IMG/VR virus record: IMGVR_UViG_3300005830_000062
Location: 1 to 56,678 of that record
Reading direction: 5' to 3' (one strand)
Source: a virus
DNA: 56,678 nt
Of the stretch, positions 53,775-56,678 are shown in pieces; positions within the stretch are counted from its first letter, which is position 1; the number at the start of each line of letters is the position of its first letter. The position numbers and the translations under genes are program-made. The notes below the pieces were generated by a model that made no database searches, was not told the DNA's origin, and worked only from the letters and a program-made list of their open reading frames with translations.

Positions 53775-54074
53775 TCAGAAGCAGTGATCGCATGTGCAGT
53801 GAGGTCGACCTTCGAACTCGAGAGTTTCAAGGTTGAACCTTCTGGAGTTTGATCCGCAGTCCATACCTCCAACCAGTTTTGGAATCCCATCTAGGATCAC
53901 ATAAGATCGACCGTGGGGTACGATGTTGTGTAGATCGTGGCATGTAGGGCAGTTCCCCAGTTCTTCCTTCCGCTTTTCCTCGTAGATTTTGATGATCCTT
54001 GCATCCGTGGTTGACCATTGTCCCGTCAATATATTATATAAGAACGTGGGCTTTTCTTCCCAACTAGGCAGCAT
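53775..54074 (-). CDS. Zn-ribbon-like protein (99 aa).
   Basis: Track ORF 53775..54119 trimmed to the ATG 6 nt after GGAGGA. Contains CPTCH...HCTCDHC. Confidence 0.5.
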   Translation of the reverse strand: MLPSWEEKPTFLYNILTGQWSTTDARIIKIYEEKRKEELGNCPTCHDLHNIVPHGRSYVILDGIPKLVGGMDCGSNSRRFNLETLEFEGRPHCTCDHCF

Positions 54075-54222
54075 TGAACTTCCTCCGACAAGGGCAGTCG
54101 ATCGTCTCAGTTGATCCATCTCCGTTCTTTACCCGACAGCCTCCCTGATCATGCATCTCTTTCCGATGCCCACATCCAGGGCACCTATTGGCAAGTTTGT
54201 TGTAGTTAGTTGGGGTCCTCAA
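54064..54222 (-). CDS. Zn-ribbon protein (52 aa). Not in the ORF track.
   Basis: TTG 5 nt after AGGAGG. Translation: MRTPTNYNKLANRCPGCGHRKEMHDQGGCRVKNGDGSTETIDCPCRRKFNAA. Confidence 0.5.
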   Translation of the reverse strand: MRTPTNYNKLANRCPGCGHRKEMHDQGGCRVKNGDGSTETIDCPCRRKFNAA

Positions 54223-54231
54223 CTTATCCTC

Positions 54232-54546
54232 CTAGTTCACTGGGCAGATGCAATTGTGTAGAACGTTATGGCAGCCTCCGCACCAGCTATGTGTGATGTA
54301 TAGTTCTACCTCCTGGAGTTTGTTGATTTCTCGGCGGATCTTTTTAGCGGCTGAGTACTTTCCCAGTGCCTCCGCTTGGCATAGGGCGATCCTCAAAGCT
54401 GAAAGATCCTCCAAGTTCTCCTGGAGGCGCCGATTGTGATTGTTTGAAGGCTCGATCTTCTCTAAATCTAACCCTAGCTTTTTCCCTCCCGACTTCTTCT
54501 TCTGTCGGATGAAAGGATTTGGGGATCGAAAGCCTCCTGGCCTCAT
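54232..54546 (-). CDS. Basic protein with a C-terminal Cys cluster (104 aa).
   Basis: Track ORF. Contains WCGGCHNVLHNCICP. Confidence 0.55.
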   Translation of the reverse strand: MRPGGFRSPNPFIRQKKKSGGKKLGLDLEKIEPSNNHNRRLQENLEDLSALRIALCQAEALGKYSAAKKIRREINKLQEVELYITHSWCGGCHNVLHNCICPVN

Positions 54547-54547
54547 C

Positions 54548-54814
54548 TCATCCGTCCGTGGGATCGAAGCCTAGTTGTGCCACGATCTCTTGACGTAGTT
54601 TGACGGTGGCTCCCAATGTTCCTCCAATCATATCCCCGAGGCTGTCATCCCCAGGCTCTACTCCCTTCCCCTTGAGTTCTCTGAGTAGATCTGTTTCGTG
54701 GATGACGTAGACGGCAAGGGCATTGGTAAGTAGTTCCAGTTCCTCAGCCCCCACCTCCAGGTGGAATTTCCAGTTGTAGAATCCGCCTGAATCTTTCTCA
54801 GTGTAGATCTTCAT
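54548..54814 (-). CDS. Hypothetical protein (88 aa).
   Basis: Track ORF 54548..55039 trimmed to MKIYTEKD, because a promoter lies inside the long version. No clear SD. Confidence 0.4.
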   Translation of the reverse strand: MKIYTEKDSGGFYNWKFHLEVGAEELELLTNALAVYVIHETDLLRELKGKGVEPGDDSLGDMIGGTLGATVKLRQEIVAQLGFDPTDG

Positions 54815-54818
54815 TGGG

Positions 54819-54962
54819 CTAGCGGAGGGCTCGGAACTTGTCGGGAACGTTGACGATCCCTGGGCGAAGTGGAGTTTCAATCGGGAGGTGTCGATGTCCC
54901 TTGATCTGGCAACCTGGTTGGTGGCAAACCGGCCAGGTGGCTCGCTTCTTCCCCTTTTCCAT
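54819..54962 (-). CDS. Small protein (47 aa).
   Basis: Internal ATG of track ORF 54819..55052, after AGGAGG. First ORF downstream of the promoter at 55011-55039. Confidence 0.4.
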   Translation of the reverse strand: MEKGKKRATWPVCHQPGCQIKGHRHLPIETPLRPGIVNVPDKFRALR

Positions 54963-55010
54963 TTCCCTGTAGCCTCCTTCTTGGCTTGGTCCGTCCCTTT
55001 GGACAATATA

Positions 55011-55039
55011 ATAATATAATACCACGAAAATCCCGTCAA
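55011..55039 (-). promoter_or_regulatory. Sigma70-type promoter, TTGACG-N17-TATTAT.
   Basis: Minus strand: TTGACGggattttcgtggtattaTATTAT, then TATATTGTCCAAAGGGACGG. The upstream stop lies inside the -35 hexamer. Confidence 0.5.
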
Positions 55040-55263
55040 GGGGCTGTTTCAATCCGTTCCCAGGGTAGTTTCGAGCCCACGGACTCCGGATGTCGCCTAA
55101 ACTTGATCTTGAGAAAACCAGACATCCCCTCGTCGAAGTTTTTTTGAGCCCCGATTGGAACTTCTAGAGCGGGGGGAACCCGGGGGGATGTTTGGGAACC
55201 TTTGTCCGTGGGATCTTTAGATGCTGGGGATTTGACTATAAGAAAAAAATTCTCATCGGCCAA
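55036..55263 (-). CDS. Hypothetical protein (75 aa).
   Basis: Track ORF. Confidence 0.5.
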   Translation of the reverse strand: MADENFFLIVKSPASKDPTDKGSQTSPRVPPALEVPIGAQKNFDEGMSGFLKIKFRRHPESVGSKLPWERIETAP

Positions 55264-55272
55264 ATCAGCTCC

Positions 55273-55548
55273 TTAAGGAACTTTTTTCAGCACCTTCCAA
55301 CAAAGCGGGCAGACAAGTGCTTCAGAAAGAAATTCTCCGTCGAAGTTGCCCTTATGAAATGTGACAAGTTCGACTCTAACCACAGGGGAGCCTGGCGGGT
55401 GCTCTTCGCAATGGTTTACATAGATCGCGTTCTCTCCAAGCCATCTACTTTTATGGATAGGCCTGATCCGCTTCCTCCCACCAGCCGACGTTCTAATCGC
55501 CGAGATGGTATCGTGGTCGGAGTTTCTAACCCAGGCTTTGATCTTCAC
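55273..55548 (-). CDS. Basic small protein (91 aa) adjacent to the ACTGTC site array.
   Basis: Track ORF with a GTG start. Its RBS region overlaps the palindrome ACTGTCTCCAGACAGT. Confidence 0.5.
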   Translation of the reverse strand: MKIKAWVRNSDHDTISAIRTSAGGRKRIRPIHKSRWLGENAIYVNHCEEHPPGSPVVRVELVTFHKGNFDGEFLSEALVCPLCWKVLKKVP

Positions 55549-55553
55549 GCTTT

Positions 55554-55717
55554 ACTGTCTCCAGACAGTTAAATCTCCTGAGCAACGGACGGGACAATAT
55601 ACTGTCTTTGGGTAAGGCCCTATAAGGGGCCATTACCCAGACAGACAGTATATTGTCCGTTTCCGTCCGAAGCTTGAATATACTGTCCCTATACTGTCCC
55701 CCTGTGGTTTAGACAGT
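55554..55717. promoter_or_regulatory. Array of ACTGTC/GACAGT sites including a 67-nt near-perfect palindrome. Candidate operator cluster or replication origin.
   Basis: Sites at 55554-60, 55563-69, 55601-07, 55643-49, 55682-88, 55693-99 and 55711-17. 16-bp arms at 55592-55607 and 55643-55658. Confidence 0.6.
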
Positions 55718-55869
55718 TTATCGGCAGGTTTAGAATACATATACATCAGCTTTGAAGTAGATGTAGTTTCCCGGCGACCAGCCAATCTCAGGCAAATGGT
55801 CTAGTGACACGGGGGTCCCTATAGGGAGGCCACTGATGGTCATCACGCATCGACTAGATGGCCTCTAGA

Positions 55870-56007
55870 TTAGGGCCTGTGGCGCGGTGGTGGCCCGTCA
55901 AGTTCATCAGTTCTGGTGCCAAGAATATAACCGACGATGATAACCCCGAGGAATACCAGCATGAAGACTGTGAAGACCGCGAGAAGATAACATCCCATGA
56001 GTTTCAT
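55870..56007 (-). CDS. Small membrane protein (45 aa). Not in the ORF track.
   Basis: ATGA-coupled to the upstream ORF. Translation: MKLMGCYLLAVFTVFMLVFLGVIIVGYILGTRTDELDGPPPRHRP. Confidence 0.5.
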   Translation of the reverse strand: MKLMGCYLLAVFTVFMLVFLGVIIVGYILGTRTDELDGPPPRHRP

Positions 56008-56123
56008 TCCTTCTTTCCCGGACGGATTAGCTTTCCATTCTTCCGTTCATTTCTACAGACATAGCACATCTCAGAATCATGGTTCTTCGGTCTACCGCAG
56101 ATGGGGCACTGGTTCTTCGCCAT
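56004..56123 (-). CDS. Zn-ribbon peptide (39 aa). Not in the ORF track.
   Basis: AAGGAGG lies 5 nt before the ATG. Translation: MAKNQCPICGRPKNHDSEMCYVCRNERKNGKLIRPGKKE. Confidence 0.55.
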   Translation of the reverse strand: MAKNQCPICGRPKNHDSEMCYVCRNERKNGKLIRPGKKE

Positions 56124-56214
56124 TAGTTCCTCCTTATCAAGTTGATCGTCGGCCAAGAGAAATAGGCGTCCTCCTCAGCTGTGGCGAGGATTGACAGTCG
56201 AATGAGTATGCGTT

Positions 56215-56256
56215 CTAGAAGGGTCGCCTTCCCGCCTCGGTCCTCGGTTCACTCAT
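56215..56256 (-). pseudogene. 13-codon remnant of an MSEPRT-family gene at the high-GC/low-GC boundary.
   Basis: MSEPRTEAGRRPF-stop. Preceded by the same 37-nt junction sequence as the intact copy (36/37 identical). Confidence 0.5.
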
Positions 56257-56572
56257 GGTCGATCTCCTCGTGGTCGATCAGCGCATAGACCTCTTGGTGG
56301 GCGGCGTGGGCACGCAGAATGTCCCGATAGCCGCGACCAAGCGCCTCGGGGGACTCCTCGTCGTACTGCCACTCTCCGCATGAACAGAGCGCGGATGCGT
56401 GCCAGACATCGTTGGGGTGCGGGGGCATCAAGAGCCGATGCACCCCAGACAGCCGCTCCACGTCGAGGCGAGCGGCCTCGTCCTCGATGTCGAGGACGGC
56501 CCCAAAGAAGTCGTCATACTCGCTGATGGTTGCCAGCAGCCGCCTTCCCGCCTTGGTCCTCGGTTCACTCAT
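56249..56572 (-). CDS. Small hypothetical protein (107 aa, MSEPRTKAGRRLL...).
   Basis: Track ORF 56249..56599 trimmed to the ATG that overlaps the upstream stop (ATGAGTGA). Confidence 0.55.
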   Translation of the reverse strand: MSEPRTKAGRRLLATISEYDDFFGAVLDIEDEAARLDVERLSGVHRLLMPPHPNDVWHASALCSCGEWQYDEESPEALGRGYRDILRAHAAHQEVYALIDHEEIDHE

Positions 56573-56678
56573 GGTCGGCCTCGCGGGGTAGCGCGCCAAT
56601 CTCGTCGAGCGCCATCCGCAGACGGTCGAGGTTGACGGGCCAGCTATCGGTCCCGGCGTCGCTCACGATGTCCTGACA
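56566..56678. repeat. Terminal direct repeat, right copy (identical to 1..113).
   Basis: Exact 113-nt match with the window start. Confidence 0.95.

Noticed and set aside
53827-54119. Track ORF 53827..54018 (63 aa) and the 54119 start of the 114-aa ORF.
   Set aside because: The 63-aa frame gives an Arg/Pro-rich product with no RBS. The ATG at 54119 has no spacing to its purine tract and overlaps a better-supported 52-aa Zn-ribbon ORF. The ATG at 54074 after GGAGGA is preferred.
55858-56064. 68-aa plus-strand ORF.
   Set aside because: It lies antisense to two tightly coupled minus-strand mini-ORFs, one of which has an AAGGAGG RBS. It is the only plus-strand candidate in a 45 kb minus-strand arm.
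1-56678. Lysogeny module (integrase, CI-like repressor, attP) or a plasmid-type partition system.
   Set aside because: I recognised no tyrosine or serine recombinase motifs and no ParA/ParB-like ORFs in any frame. The HTH and RHH proteins present are too small and generic to call a lysogeny switch.

Overview
The window is a complete, circularly closed tailed-phage genome of about 56.57 kb. The first 113 nt are repeated exactly as the last 113 nt. I recognised no integrase, partition gene or CRISPR array.

There are two transcription arms. The plus arm (about 5.05-16.2 kb) carries nucleotide metabolism, replication and recombination genes: SNF2 helicase, Tmk-like kinase, RlpA-like protein, MazG-like NTPase, two tandem thymidylate-synthase-fold paralogs, dCMP deaminase, a UDG-PolA fusion, Cas4-like nuclease, AAA_24 ATPase, DUF669-like protein, tRNA-Leu(UAA), tRNA-Ile(UAU) and a VRR-NUC nuclease.

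The minus arm is about 45 kb. It runs from about 5.03 kb down through the window junction to 16.27 kb. In order it carries an HTH protein, a primase-polymerase/helicase, a roughly 1.5 kb high-GC module of translationally coupled small genes, and about 40 small early genes (many Zn-ribbon or membrane peptides, an RHH protein, a RuvB homolog). These are punctuated by a family of near-identical TTGACA-N18-TATAAT promoters. The late operon follows: HTH regulator, TerS, TerL, truncated C5-methyltransferase, portal, MuF-like protein, scaffold, decoration protein, major capsid, an 8.5 kb accessory block, connectors, tail tube, chaperone, tape measure, an AT-rich distal tail/fiber module and lysis genes.

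The most unusual content, in my order of interest:
1. A pyrimidine-metabolism operon with two ThyA-fold paralogs, which suggests a non-canonical DNA base.
2. An accessory block between the capsid and connector genes. It contains a 991-aa GT2-TPR-methyltransferase-GT4 fusion and a 571-aa protein made of 25 tandem 20-22 aa repeats.
3. A dense ACTGTC/GACAGT site array with a 67-nt palindrome.
4. A family of about 40-47 nt hairpin repeats flanking a moron and a high-GC island.
5. Strong compositional mosaicism: single 60-nt lines range from about 27% to about 72% GC.

All functional calls rest on motifs read by eye and on gene order. No database search was possible.
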